64,000 bases of DNA. Source: Chlorokybus atmophyticus (Eukaryota; Plantae; Mesostigma and Chlorokybus algae). The DNA is taken from assembly GCA_009103225.1 (NCBI GenBank), contig RHPI01002069.1:1594744-1658743 (forward strand), given 5' to 3'. Both the position numbers and the translations under genes were made by a program. Positions within the stretch are counted from its first letter, which is position 1. The number at the start of each line of letters is the position of its first letter. A model generated the notes under the pieces. That model made no database searches and was not told the DNA's origin. It saw only the letters and a list, made by a program, of their open reading frames with translations. Below, piece after piece: positions 1-12,336 of the stretch.

Positions 1-1190
1 AGTATGCTATCTGCAGGTTGTGCACTGAGTTGACAGTGCGTTGGTGCCATTGCCTTATCTTTCTGGAACAGCTGCACTGCAAGTCACTGTACGATCGAAT
101 GGCTTTGGGTAAAGTATCAACAAGCTTACTGCGCACGTTTCCAAAAGCATTGTGTTTGTCGAAAAGGCACTGAGGAGTGGGAAGACGTGGACATTGAACA
201 GCTGCCAAGCAGGGCTGGTGCAGTCGACGATGCCGCAGCAAAGTCATGAGGTTTGCATAGCAAGGACACCGTAGTATAACTAGTGACACTATTGCAAAGT
301 GATACACTGCTGGTGTTTGCCAACAGCCTGCAGAAGCACAGTCAAACGTAACCAAGTGCATCCGGCATGTGTTCATGCATTGCACAAGATTGGCGGGGTT
401 GAGCAGAGGCGTCGGTATTCTACCAATTGTTGCGCTTTATCGTGTATTTCTGGTGTCATCATGCCGAGCAACAAGCGCATGTCGCCATTTGTTGCAAGTG
501 TAGTGCACCATTGTTGCAGACACACCTCTTCAATCGACTTAGCTTGCAACTTATGCAAGTCGCAAGCTAATGTGAAACAAGCGTTGTTGCAAGTTTCGTC
601 AAATTAGCACACGTTTGCATGTTTTAAGAATAGCATTGTGAAAGCTAGTGATTTGTGTATTGACATGCAGTGTACATCGCAATGCATACCATAAAATTGA
701 CATGTATATAATGCATGCATCGCAGAAACTCATTGTGTCATTGCGCGTTAATTTAGATGATTCATTTGCCATATTCAAACTTGCTACAGATTGATGCATC
801 AACACGTACAACCTAAGCATACCATATTCGTGCGAACACACAACCCCCCGATACAAATAAAGCCCCCCCCCCCCCCCCCCCCNNNNNNNNNNNNNNNNNN
901 NNNNNNNGGGGGGGGGGGGGGGGTCGCACAAACTCATTACATACAGATGATGACACATGATACAAACATACCAAAGACCGCGAATGACAAAAAACAATGT
1001 CCTTTTGGAGGCGCACTGTACAATGCGTACATTCTTAACGACAAGCTGGTTACTACATAGCGTGCCATATTGCTACCTACTTATGATGATTGGTCACGAA
1101 ATGCAACACAAAATGAAATGATATTGCATATCAACTTACATTACCGTAATAGATGAGGTTGCATTGTTTATAACATTGCAATTATTACCG

Positions 1191-1194
<4 letters not shown>

Positions 1195-1268
<74 letters not shown>

Positions 1269-1273
1269 GAGAG
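1195..1273. repeat. (GA)n microsatellite
   Basis: Directly visible. Confidence 0.97.
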
Positions 1274-1628
1274 NACCAGCCATCAGTCGCTAATTCAATT
1301 CAATTCACACCAAGCGCTGCTTGCTTTGTGCTCGAAATTTGGGCTCGAAAGCTACTTGTTAACATCATTCTTTCGCAATAACACATGTCGACATGTAGAT
1401 TCCATTACGCAAGATAGCAACAACTTTTGAATTTAATTACATACAAACATCTGAATTGGCATGCATTGATGGATCATCGATGGATCATGCAAGCATATGG
1501 TATAGCAACGGGGCCCTGCATGAACCGTAAACCCAATATAAGTGTTACATGGGTGCTACATGGTAAAAAACTTCAACACATACACATAAGTCATTTAGAA
1601 TCGATTGACCAGCTAAGCTGACGCCCAA

Positions 1629-2318
1629 ATGACTCACACGCACACTGATGAGCTGTACAGACAGTGCGTGGGGGTGCCGATGGGCAACAACGCTGGTGCA
1701 CATTTGGCGAATGGGTATCTGCTAACCCACGAACTCGACTTCGCCGACCACCTGCAGAGCACTGGTGACGTACAGCTGTTAGCAAGGTGCTCGCGCGGCG
1801 TACTGCGATACATAGACGATCTGTTTGTGGCGGACATCCCGGAGTTTGAGCATCTGCTGTACAGAGGACCGGGTGTCCCAGGGGGAGGCATATACCCGCG
1901 AGACATTCTGACGGTGACCAGCACTGCCTGCGGTACTTCAGTCTCATTTTTGGATCTGTTAGTGTTCCAGACGGAAGTGGGAATGTGTACCAGACTATAC
2001 TGCAAGCGTGATCTGCCAGCCTTCGCCAACGTACCACGCCACCGAGCACCCCTACCATCGTCCAATCTACCTCGCACAGTGAAGTTGGTCGTCGAATCCC
2101 AGTACGCAAGATTCAGTCGCGTTTGCACCTACCGGACTCACTTTGTCAGCGCCATGTCCGCGCTGCTCCTGGGCATGCAGCAGGACGGACACCCCATGAA
2201 ACGCCTGTTGGCGACGCTGCGTCACAAGATGTTGACAGCGAACACCTACGTATACTGCACACCACCGCAGCTCTTGTACAAGCTAGTGTTTGCGGAAGTG
2301 CGCAAGCACCGGGCCTGA
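1629..2318 (+). mobile_element. 5'-truncated Penelope-like retroelement, RT palm/thumb fragment with no C-terminal GIY-YIG
   Basis: ORF has YRQCVGVPMG..LAN (RT motif B'), RYIDD (catalytic), SFLDL and LYCKR..F, typical of PLE RTs. It ends after the thumb, consistent with N-terminal-endonuclease (Chlamys/Naiad-type) or endonuclease-less PLEs. Confidence 0.82.
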
Positions 2319-3815
2319 CTGTACGAGCCACTGCACGGGGAGCAGGCTGCTGGTAACCCAGCTTGCCCGTGCCACAGACACAACAAACCAACCCCACCAC
2401 CCAACCCTACCAGCTGCACCTGACCAGCACAGCAGCACAGCCCCAGCGTACGACCTAAAGGTCCCTGCCCAGCGCAGTGCTGACGTGAGCACTGCGCGGC
2501 AAGGGTTGTTGACAACTGCGGCACGCAGCAGCCCGCGCAGTAGTGGCTGAGAGGAGGGCGGAGGCAGAGGGAGCGGAGGGAGAGGGGGGAGTTGTCTAGC
2601 ATGTTGATGCTGTTGCAGCTGTGGCCGTGGTTGACAACGGACTGACCAGCGCCCATGTGAGCAGGTACTAACTGAATGCATGCTTGTATGTCTAACGGGG
2701 CGGGCTAGCATTGGTATAGTGTAGCAAGCAGCCATAGAACTAGCCCGGTGGTTAAATTTGATGTGTAAAGCGTGTGTATGCTTGTGCTGATGCATGCCAT
2801 TCGCATTGTCCACATGCATGCTGCCACCGTACCATACCCCTTATATACAACACCACTTGGTGCCAGATTCAGATAATTTTGTTGCCAAGCTTTGAAACCA
2901 CGGACGTCATGCTGTATAGCTTCCATAAGATGACATGGGCAATATTGCATGCAACACCCCCTATGCTTACACAAGATGCCTCGCACTTCAATAAGCCTGC
3001 TGCATGTCCGCACACATACTCGTTGACACGCGAGAAACTAGGCCTTGCACAAGGGGCGCATCGCCGCTGTGCAATAACATACCATTGCTAGCCTTGCATG
3101 GTGGGTTAACATACCACTACAAGAATGGCCAATCACAACAAACTCAATGACCCATCACAAGGAAGCGCATGCAATGGTAAACGCAACATCATTGGTACTC
3201 ACTGAACAATTCATACTGTTCACTGCAGATTGAGTAGCACAACTGAGATAACCATGCTTCCCAGTCAGCGAGCAACACCTTTGGGTACACAAACAAGCAG
3301 CAACACAACCTGTATGATGGGCACAGACAATGCTGTACAAGTTGTGGAGACATGACACTCAGTACTGGGCGTGCAGCACACAGCATACAGATAGCAAAGG
3401 CACACAGCAGCGTTTCAACTAACACAAAATGTCAACTCAAACTCGTAACTGCATGCAATCTACAATCCGACTTGCCTCATGCGTTGCCCCACCAGCCTGG
3501 CATCGGAATGGCAGATATGTGCAAAGCCAGCGCATGCATGAAAGCGTTAGTTGGTGTGGAACCCCGCACCGTGGCATCATCAAACGCTGTCAGTTCAAGG
3601 TCCACTGCCGTCAGCGTCTGCATCACATAAAGGTGTCTTGCAACAAGCATAGCAGGGGGTATGCAACAAACAGCATGAGGTGATTCAGTTAGTGCGTTAG
3701 TAGTGAGCGGCAGCACAAGTTAGTACATAGCCTGCAGACGTGGCCAGCGGCGAAGTGTTAGCTCAGTAGGCACTCACAGAGGTCAGTAGCCGTCAGTGTT
3801 CACCACCTGAAGAGT

Positions 3816-6610
3816 TTACTTCGACCCCATCTCCCTCATGAAGCGCTCGTACTCAGACTCCACAGAAGCTTCAGGCTGCACACCCGGTACGGACAATGTC
3901 GGGGTCTGCGAGGGAGGCGTGGTAGGCGTTGTGCCCGGCGGCGCTGTCGTCCCCGGTGGTGCTGTTGTCGCCCAAGGTGGAGGTGCTTGGCCTGGGGGTG
4001 TTTGAGGCAGCGGCCACTGTCCTGGAGGAGGGGCACCGGGTGGTCTCGACTGCCAAGGTGGAGGTGCAGCACCTGGAGGTGGCGGGTGTGCACCAGGAGG
4101 GCCAGGTGGGCGGAACCCTGGAGGAGGCGGGTATGCACCAGGGGGCGTGTATGGTGGTGCTCCATACGGGGCCGCAGCGTATGGAGGCGCTCCATATGGA
4201 GGAGGCCCTGGCACTCCGTAAGGATTGCCGTAAGGCGGTGGGGCCATGTAGGGAGGAGGGACAGGAGCTCCTGGCCTGGGGCCGAAGGGCGGTGCGCCCG
4301 GTGCGCCTCGTGGCTGGCTGGCTTGCCGCACAACAACTGACTTTCCATCTATGACTCGGCCGTGCACGCCTTCAATGGCGCGCTGCGCGTTGGTGACATC
4401 CGCAAATCTCACGAAGCCATACCCCTTGGTTTGACCCGTTGCACGATCCATAATGACCTGTTGTATAACAACCCTGTGTCAGCATTCTTGCAAAACTGAC
4501 AACAACCCACACATCCACCTGCTCATGCATACGCATGGGTTGTAGACAGCTGCACTACCAACTATTTGATCAACAAAAAACAAACTGCACTGCAAACTGG
4601 ATACTTACGTTTGCCTCGCGCACCACCCCAAATGGTTGAAATAGGTCAAGAAGTTGCTCATCATCAATGCTCGGAGGAAGAAACCCAACGTACAGGTTCG
4701 CTGGGTCATCATCCCTTGGTGCACCGCTGGGACGGGCCTCATAACCAAGGCCCGTGTGCCTGGGGCCAGAACTTCCGCCAGCCGCCCAAGGTGGAGGCGC
4801 AGGTGGCGCTGCTGAACTGGTGGTTGTTGTTGAGGGCGCGCCGCTGAGACTGGGTTCCTGATTCCTGTCACCTCCAAGCTCAGCGAGAAACGACTTGTAC
4901 TCGTTGTCCAGTTTCTGTGCCTGGGGGGTGTTCTTCATCGGACAATCAATGGTAGGATGCCCACCGTCGCCACAGATCTTGCACGTCGTGTCCAGAGCCT
5001 TGAAAGTGGGTTCGAAGCGCTGCGGGCAGTTGAACTGCCGATGCCCCGGTTCGCCGCAAAGCCGGCAGTACTCATCATCACGCAGGGTGCCGTTGAGCGC
5101 CGCCAGCTCGCGCAACTGCGTGCGCTTGTGCTCGTTCGCACCCTCCTCAACAGGCACCAGCAGCTTCTGCACCATGTCTGCAGCCCTTTCGAGCTGGTCA
5201 TCTGTGTCTGCCTGTATCAATACATGCAAGTCCTCATTCTCTCCAGGATCAGGCTTCATATTCCCCGGCCGTCCACCGCTCCCACGACCCTCCTTCACTG
5301 AGCCTTTACCGCGAATTGCAATCTTGCAGCCTGTCTCCTTCTCCATCCGCTTCTGAGTGTTGCCTCGCGGGCCAATGATCAGGCCAATGAAGTTGTAGCC
5401 TGGATACTCCTTCAACGGGATAAACAGCTTTTTGAACTTCTTCTCCGGCTTATAGTCTGGTGGGGGCTTGAAGAGGGGGTTCTTTGCCATCAACTCGCCA
5501 ATCAAAGTCTGCAGACAACAGTCAAATTTGGCTCCTTATTGATAGCTGCAAGTGCATGCCATTGACTTGACTCAGCGCATATGCCACATGTCTGCACTGA
5601 GATGGCGGATCAAAGCAACACGAACAATTTGCATGCCAACAAGCATGCCAAACAACTGTCAATACCAAAACCTACTGGTCTGAAAGATGTGATTGAGAGA
5701 ATCTGCTTGTCAACAATTGACAGCAGGACGCCAACGCGTTGCGACCAACATTAAATGCAACATATTCATATGCAAGTGCATGCGATCCACTCGACAAGGA
5801 CATAACCTAACAGGGTGCCGAAGTAGACTGCACTAGACCGACAATTTGCATGCCGATCAACGTGACAATCCACCAACAACCACTGGAGCAAGACATGCAC
5901 TGCAAGATGTAATGTCTTGCTCCAGTGGTTTTTGTGGTATTGTCACATGAATCATGGCATGTGACACAAAATGCTTCACAACCCGACAACAGCGTGACAG
6001 CAGGACGCCAAAGCGCTTAATATCAACAACAATAGAAACGTACCGTGCGCTCGGCCATCATCTTCTCGCGCAGCCGAACTTCACGCGTGTTGACGCGATG
6101 GCCCATGCTGTCGTAGACAGGCTCGGGGGAGGGAGACCGCCGGCCGTCCTGCTCTCCCTCAACCTCCAGCTGGCCAGTGACCAGCCGCCGGTTGACCTCA
6201 TTGAGACGCATGGCGATGCCCGCAATCTCAGGGTCTTCCAGGGGATTGACAGGCTGAGGCTCCCAGCGACTTCTGCGGCGTCGGGGCTGCCCACCACCTG
6301 CCTCCCCGTCGCTCCCGGGCGTGGCCGGCAGCTGAGCCTCCGTTGTTGTCAATGCCATATGCGCCGGCACTGCAGCCGCCTCAGGACCCCACCTGCTCCT
6401 CTTGGGACGCTTTCTCTCTGGCTGCTCAGCTTGCTGGGGCTGCTGCTGTTGTAGCTGCTGGGCAGCTGGGAACTGCTGGGCCTGAGCTTGCGGATCATAC
6501 TGCTGGTGTTGGTAATACTGCTGCTGCTGAGGCTGGTGCGGCTGTTGCTGCTGCTCCTGGCGGAAGGAGGCGTCCAGCTCCGCCAGGAAGGCGTCAGCCG
6601 CAGAAGCCAT
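3816..6610 (-). CDS. SF1: Splicing factor 1 / branchpoint-bridging protein, plant type, 3 exons (about 6610-6045, 5509-4609, 4460-3816)
   Basis: RRRRSRW ULM motif, [22 protein letters not shown]2 ([33 protein letters not shown]), two CCHC knuckles, a C-terminal RRM (NLYVGFLP ... KGYGFVRF) and a Pro-rich tail. GT-AG introns. Confidence 0.95.
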
Positions 6611-6768
6611 CACCGGCAAACTCCTGTGTACTCGCTGCAGCTGGCTACCACCCAGAGTACACCAATACCGCCTGACAAAGCACAACCCGACGCAGCTGCA
6701 TGCCGCCAACGCCGCCGCCGCCGCCCAGCTTCCCGACGATTGTTACATGCGAGATCTCAGGTGAGGAG

Positions 6769-6777
6769 TTAGGGTTT
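6769..6777 (-). promoter_or_regulatory. Telo-box (AAACCCTAA) upstream of SF1
   Basis: TTAGGGTTT on + strand, ~160 bp upstream of the SF1 ATG. Telo-boxes are common in plant RNA-processing gene promoters. Confidence 0.5.
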
Positions 6778-8559
6778 GCTGTGCGGTCTTGTGCCGAGAA
6801 CGTGTGCGACTGATAACTCACGGCTCATGAGTTATGAAGATTACGGTATCCACGTCTACATTGTCCAACCCGAACCAATATCAGGGGCTGATATAATCTG
6901 GGGAAGAAGGGGAGGGGGATTATAAAACGTGTACAGAGAACTATCTATATATGAAGGTTGTGCGATTCTATAGTCAAAAAACCGTACACCTACGCAATCC
7001 GCTTAACACATGCAATTTGCAATCCCACCATAATTAAACCAATTGCATACGTGTGTAACTTCAAGTTATATACATGAAGTATATACAAGCACATAATTTT
7101 TTTCATTGCGAATTGCATGCTTGTATACACATTCAAGTCTTATACATAGTTGTAATAACGGTTTTTGCAATAATCGTGCCTGCATGCACGCACTTGAAGC
7201 TACTTGAGTGAGCGCGACTTGCACCGTATACAGGATAGATTGAGGGTCCTTTTTACCAAGCAGACACGGCTTAATACATATTGAAACAGACAACGACATA
7301 CACAATCACATCTCCCTTGCGCACTTCCTGTAGATGCACATACTCGTAAATATCAACCATCTCAATCCATGCTGGCTGCTTTCATGCATGCGCGCAATTG
7401 ATCCCAACCATGAAGATTGATAATTAGCAACAACAATACTCAAAAAATGGCAGCGGTGGTTGCAGATAGCCATAAGGAATTGCTCATAATCATACGAAAT
7501 TGCATATCATAGTAAGTTTTAATGTAATTGGGCATATTGCAGATAAACACTGTACATAAGTCAAGAGCATGCATCATGCATTGAATGCTATATTTCCTTG
7601 ACGTTTTGCATAACTTTAACACGGCTCGTACATTAAAGCTTGGAAGGGTGTATGCAGGACATGCACACAACGCCCATGTGGGCAGGTGATTACCAACTGC
7701 ATATTGACTGCTGCATGTCTAACGGGGTAGAGGCAGTAGATTAGCGTGCTAGTAGTAGCCCGGTGGTCAACTAATTGTCATTTGTACGACACCTTGCATG
7801 TGTTGCTGCGTGCTGACTGAACTACACGTTGTGCATGCGCATGCATGTCCTGCATTTGATGTACACGGCCGTGGTGCAGGTAATGACCACGTGTAACTGT
7901 GCATGCATGTCTAACAGAGAGGGCTAGTATATGTAGGGTAGGGTAGTAGATGTTAGCCCGGTGGTAACGACTGGTTGAGATGTATAATAGTATGCATGCG
8001 ATGCTCGCGTAGTGTGCATGTGTTGTGTCAACAACAGCACGTCATACATCATGTACGCCCTACCAATGTCAGCATACTATCTTTTGTACACCACATGCTG
8101 GAATAGCGTGGTTGTTGTCCTTGACAAGTGGGCACCAGCACGCTTGAAATTCCCTATGGCCTCTACTTGATGCATACGAAATCCAAGCTCAGTTGCGAGT
8201 GCCGCATGCATTTTTGAATATGCGGAACTTTTACTCCGTAGCGTTTGTGAGACACTATCCTGCATTGTTGCAACCACAAATACAAGCTTCTTTTCAGCGA
8301 CATCATCTCTAACCCAAAAGACCAGCTTCACAATGAGCTTACTCGCACAATTTGCATCCGCGGCTTATGACTGCATATTTGCACTCCAAGGTCACGGTCA
8401 CTGACAGCACTATCACTACTACATGCACTATGCGCATTTGCACTTCGTATTTATGTACAACCAGCACACAGCACTTCAGCACTTCACATATCCTATACAG
8501 CTCGCATAATCCATCCACCGCAATCATGAACAACCACCCTTGCCACTCCTTCCAACACG

Positions 8560-11460
8560 TCACGCAGCCATAGCACCAAAGACAGCCCGCAGCTGCGCAG
8601 CAGCATTCGCGATCGATCCCGTGCCATCATAAGCAGCAATTACGTGTTCAAGCGCGTCGATGATATTGGCCATAGCCTGCCTGACCTCCACGGCATCGCC
8701 TACCACCCGCTGCGAAAGCGGCGCGGCCGTGTTGTCACCCCGCACCATCGCTTGCAGCAGCGTCAGCAAGATGCCCAACATCTCTGCATCGTGTTGGCGC
8801 AAAACCATTCTCCAGCAGCGCCTGCGCGCACCATGCTCATGTCTCAAGAGCAGTAGTGCAATTGCTTTACCCAGAAGCAAACAAACGCAATGACCGCTTG
8901 TCAAGCACTCTCCTGCTGCCATGTTAATCACACAACCATTGCACAAAAGTACATGCATGCGACAATCCATTGTGTTTGTGCACGCACACACGCACAATAC
9001 TGTTCGTGCGCACGCGCATGCACACACGCACGCATGCGCACACATACACGCCCACTTGCACGTGCGTTCATGCATGCATTAGCCTGCGCTTGTGTAGCGC
9101 GCGTGTCTTCAATTGTATCGGTTGTGTTGGGCTAGTCTTACCGCAAGAGCAGTGAGGGCGTTGAGCGGGTCTGTAGCAAGGGCTTGAGCGCCCATGTGTC
9201 CGGACAGAGCCGCCAGCAGCGCCAAAGTCAACCCGGTTTGCTCTGTCTGGAGCGCTGTGAACTGCTGCAACAGGTGGAGCAGCAGTGCTGATGCAAGGGG
9301 CCAGTTCTCAGATGCCGCTAGCAGTTCTGTAACAACTCTGCAACCAACAACAAGACGTTGTTGACAAATATACCTACTCAACAGACCTACTGTGACTGCA
9401 GAAGCTTGCACGACAACTTACAAGGCCACGTGCTCGTCAAAGTCTGGTGCAGTTTGCAAAGCCCAGCTGACAGCCACTTCTCCCATGCCGGTTAACCTGA
9501 ATGCCGGATGGCATATGTTGTTCATTCCTGGAGCGAGGGACAATAGTATAATCGGCAACGCAATGTCTGCGGGTGCGGCAAAGAGCGCTGCAATGACGTC
9601 GGCTGTCGCGGCTTGCAATGCAGCCAGCTGCGTGCCCTCTGACGCACGGGAAGGTAAACCCTGCAGTGACACCACCACCCTGTTGTATACCCAATGCAAG
9701 CAACATAGTGGTGCAGGCGACAAAGTTGTTGTGCTCACCTGCAGAAAGGCGTGAAGCGGTACAACAAGCGGGTATGCCTCTGCAGCTGTAGCGACAACAC
9801 TATCTCGATCTAAAGCCGTTGTCATCAACCCTTGCAGGTCAGAGAGAGCTTCCACAAGCTGTTGGCTTGAGACTGCGGAAGAATTTGCCTCCGGTCTTTG
9901 CAAGGGCTCCACTATTGGTGCTATAATGTGCTGCGCGCCCTCACGCCTGTCCTGCTGAAGCACAGATGCCGCCGCCAACATGGCAGCGTAGCGGATGTCG
10001 CCGCCACCCTGCGGCATTGCAACTGCGCCCGAGTCCGCGGCTGCCGTGCGCACGACGCGCTTGCGGGAATGGCGAAAGAGTGCGTGGAGCTGCGGACCCA
10101 CTCTCGCGTAGTACTCGCGCGCAGAGGCTGTACGCTTCGGCACTGTGGCAATCAGACGCGCAACTCGCTCATACGCGTCCGCATTGAACAAAGACATGCA
10201 ACAAAGACTGTCATCTACGACACTCGTTTTCATGGTGACCATGTTTACATTAACAATGACGAATCGCATTGAGTGGGTTCCAAACCTTGATTGTGAGAGA
10301 CGCACCGGTTCTACGCTGTCAAGCAGGCACTCGAGCACGGCAGCCACGCCTCCAGGGTGCATAATTGTGCGAGACAGCAGCGTGCCGTACGCGGCTCTCA
10401 ACCAGGGAGGGCCTTTCTGTGGGAGCGGCACTAATGCATGCACCAACGCACGCGCTGGCAACACCTCTGCTGCATGCACACACGGATTGGGTGAGGGTGC
10501 TGGATTTAGCATTCTCACAACAACGAGTGCACTCGCCTGGGGCGTGTTGCAGCCACTCTCTGCATTGTGCTCGCTGGGGTTCAACAAGTTGAGAGGTGCT
10601 GTCGTCGACGGCCAACTCGACGAATGCACTGGCGAGGTCTCTAAGGTGTCGCCAGAGGACTGTCTGAGCTGCTATTGTTTGCGCCGTCTGCGAGGGTGAG
10701 GAGCTTGTCTCACTGTTACTGTTGCTCGTGCTGGCAATGCCTTCATGTGCGAGGAAGGCTGCGAGTGCCAGCGCGCATTCCAACCTAGCAAACAATCATG
10801 CATCTTGCAATGTGCATGCCTCTATGCCCAGCTTGCAATCATGCATGCATGCCCGCACTGTGGGCAACACAATCGCTGGCAACGAGTGCAATTAGACACG
10901 ACACAAGCCTGCGTTGTGATCCTGGTGTGGCTTGCTCTAGGTGCCAGCCTTTGATTTCTGCTGCAATGCTTGCCCTCTCAACAATTAGCTGGCATGCAGA
11001 TACCAATTGCAGGCAACAAACGCAGCAGACCCTAAGCTACCGTACCGACAGCTGGCAAGCACAATCATGCATGCTGCCTGCGTTACCGTAGCTCGTCGTC
11101 AACAGCTTCACCGGAGTGCCACGTGGGACCGCGCGGCAGCCCATAGCGGACAACAGCGCCGACAAGCGCTCTGACGGTGGAGGCGTCCCTGTCGTCGTCA
11201 ACAATGGCGTCACCGTCCACCCCATGCAAGCTTGAGGCGGAGCCAGTTCCATCTTGCCCAGGCAGCAGCGCCCTCAGCAGACGCAGCTGGTGCACCACAG
11301 CAGCTCTGCCCTCCTCCTGATTGCCGGTCGCCCCTGCTGCTGCTGCCGCCGCCGCCCTCAGCTCCGCCCTCGCCGCCGCCAGCCAACCCTGCATCCCGCT
11401 AAACCCGCAGCCTAAACCCGAGGATTCGACAAAACCTACTTCATAATCCCCCACAGGCAT
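8560..11460 (-). CDS. TANGO6: TANGO6/Rtp1-like armadillo-repeat protein, multi-exon, start uncertain
   Basis: Segments PWLRAAYGTLLSRTIMHPGGVAAVLECLL and YERVARLIATVP...EYYARVGPQL match recalled TANGO6/Rtp1 conserved blocks. Several in-phase coding exons lie in ORFs 11083-11460, 10319-10795, 9418-10629, 9109-9411 and 8560-9075. Confidence 0.65.
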
Positions 11461-12336
11461 TGAACAATTCGGTGTTCACGCTTTTGCTCTTATGGGGTCA
11501 CGTGCGTTCTGCTGTGTTGTCTTTTCTCTTGGGCTGCCACGTCACCAGGCCCAATGGCGGCGGCAACCTCGGTGGTAATAAACCTAATTACATAATCATA
11601 CCCTATTGTGCATTCTTTTATCGTGATTGAGGGCTGGACGACTTTGGTGGAGTTCGCTTTGCTTCAGCGCTGCATATTTATGGCGCTTGGCCCTCAAGTC
11701 TAGTTGCCCTTACTGCTGTCTACTTGCCCGCTCCCATCCCACCTCCTTGCATGCACCTAGACGGAGCATCTCATCCTGCCCCTACCCGTTGGTAATTGAG
11801 TGCTTGTGTGTGTTGGCTTGTGTTGACTTATGTTGTGAGTGTTGAGTTGGTTTGTGAATGTGCTTGCTGCTGCAGCAGAACTACTGGAAAGCCCATACCT
11901 ACACCCTATGAGACCTGAACTCCATTGATTTCCGCATAAGGTATATTTCAGGTGAAGTCCGAGCAAGTAAACATAACATCAGCAATAGGTGCTTAAAGGC
12001 AGCATTATATTGTTAATGTTCAGCGTCAAACTATTTTCGACACAAGACATGATTCAGTTGTGCATGTCCGACATTTGCTTCAACTACAGCAGCTCGAGAG
12101 AGCACAGCACATGACCAAACAAACCGATATGATTTGGTTGCATAAAACTCAATGAAAAAGGCAGACCTTGCATGATTTGTGTCATATACACATCTGACTG
12201 TGGACGAGGGCACATACACACATCTAACAGTGGAGGAAGGAATATATGTACAGGCATGCACATACAGCTTACAACCAAGCGGTTGTGAGGAGGGAGTAGA
12301 TTAAAATTGGCAGTGTTCAAAAGCGGTGGTGGCGCA

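Noticed and set aside
126-607. Coding exon or transposase fragment at the window start
   Set aside because: Short ORFs with no motif I can identify.
864-922. Real poly-C/poly-G inverted repeat
   Set aside because: It spans an N gap, so length and structure cannot be trusted.
1645-1652. Hammerhead ribozyme core CTGATGAG near the PLE
   Set aside because: It lies in RT coding sequence with no paired GAAA or stems. No hammerhead core was found in 2318-3200 on either strand.
8077-8331. Tyrosine recombinase or other TE protein fragment
   Set aside because: Only a vague resemblance; the catalytic H-x-x-R and Tyr pattern is not convincing.
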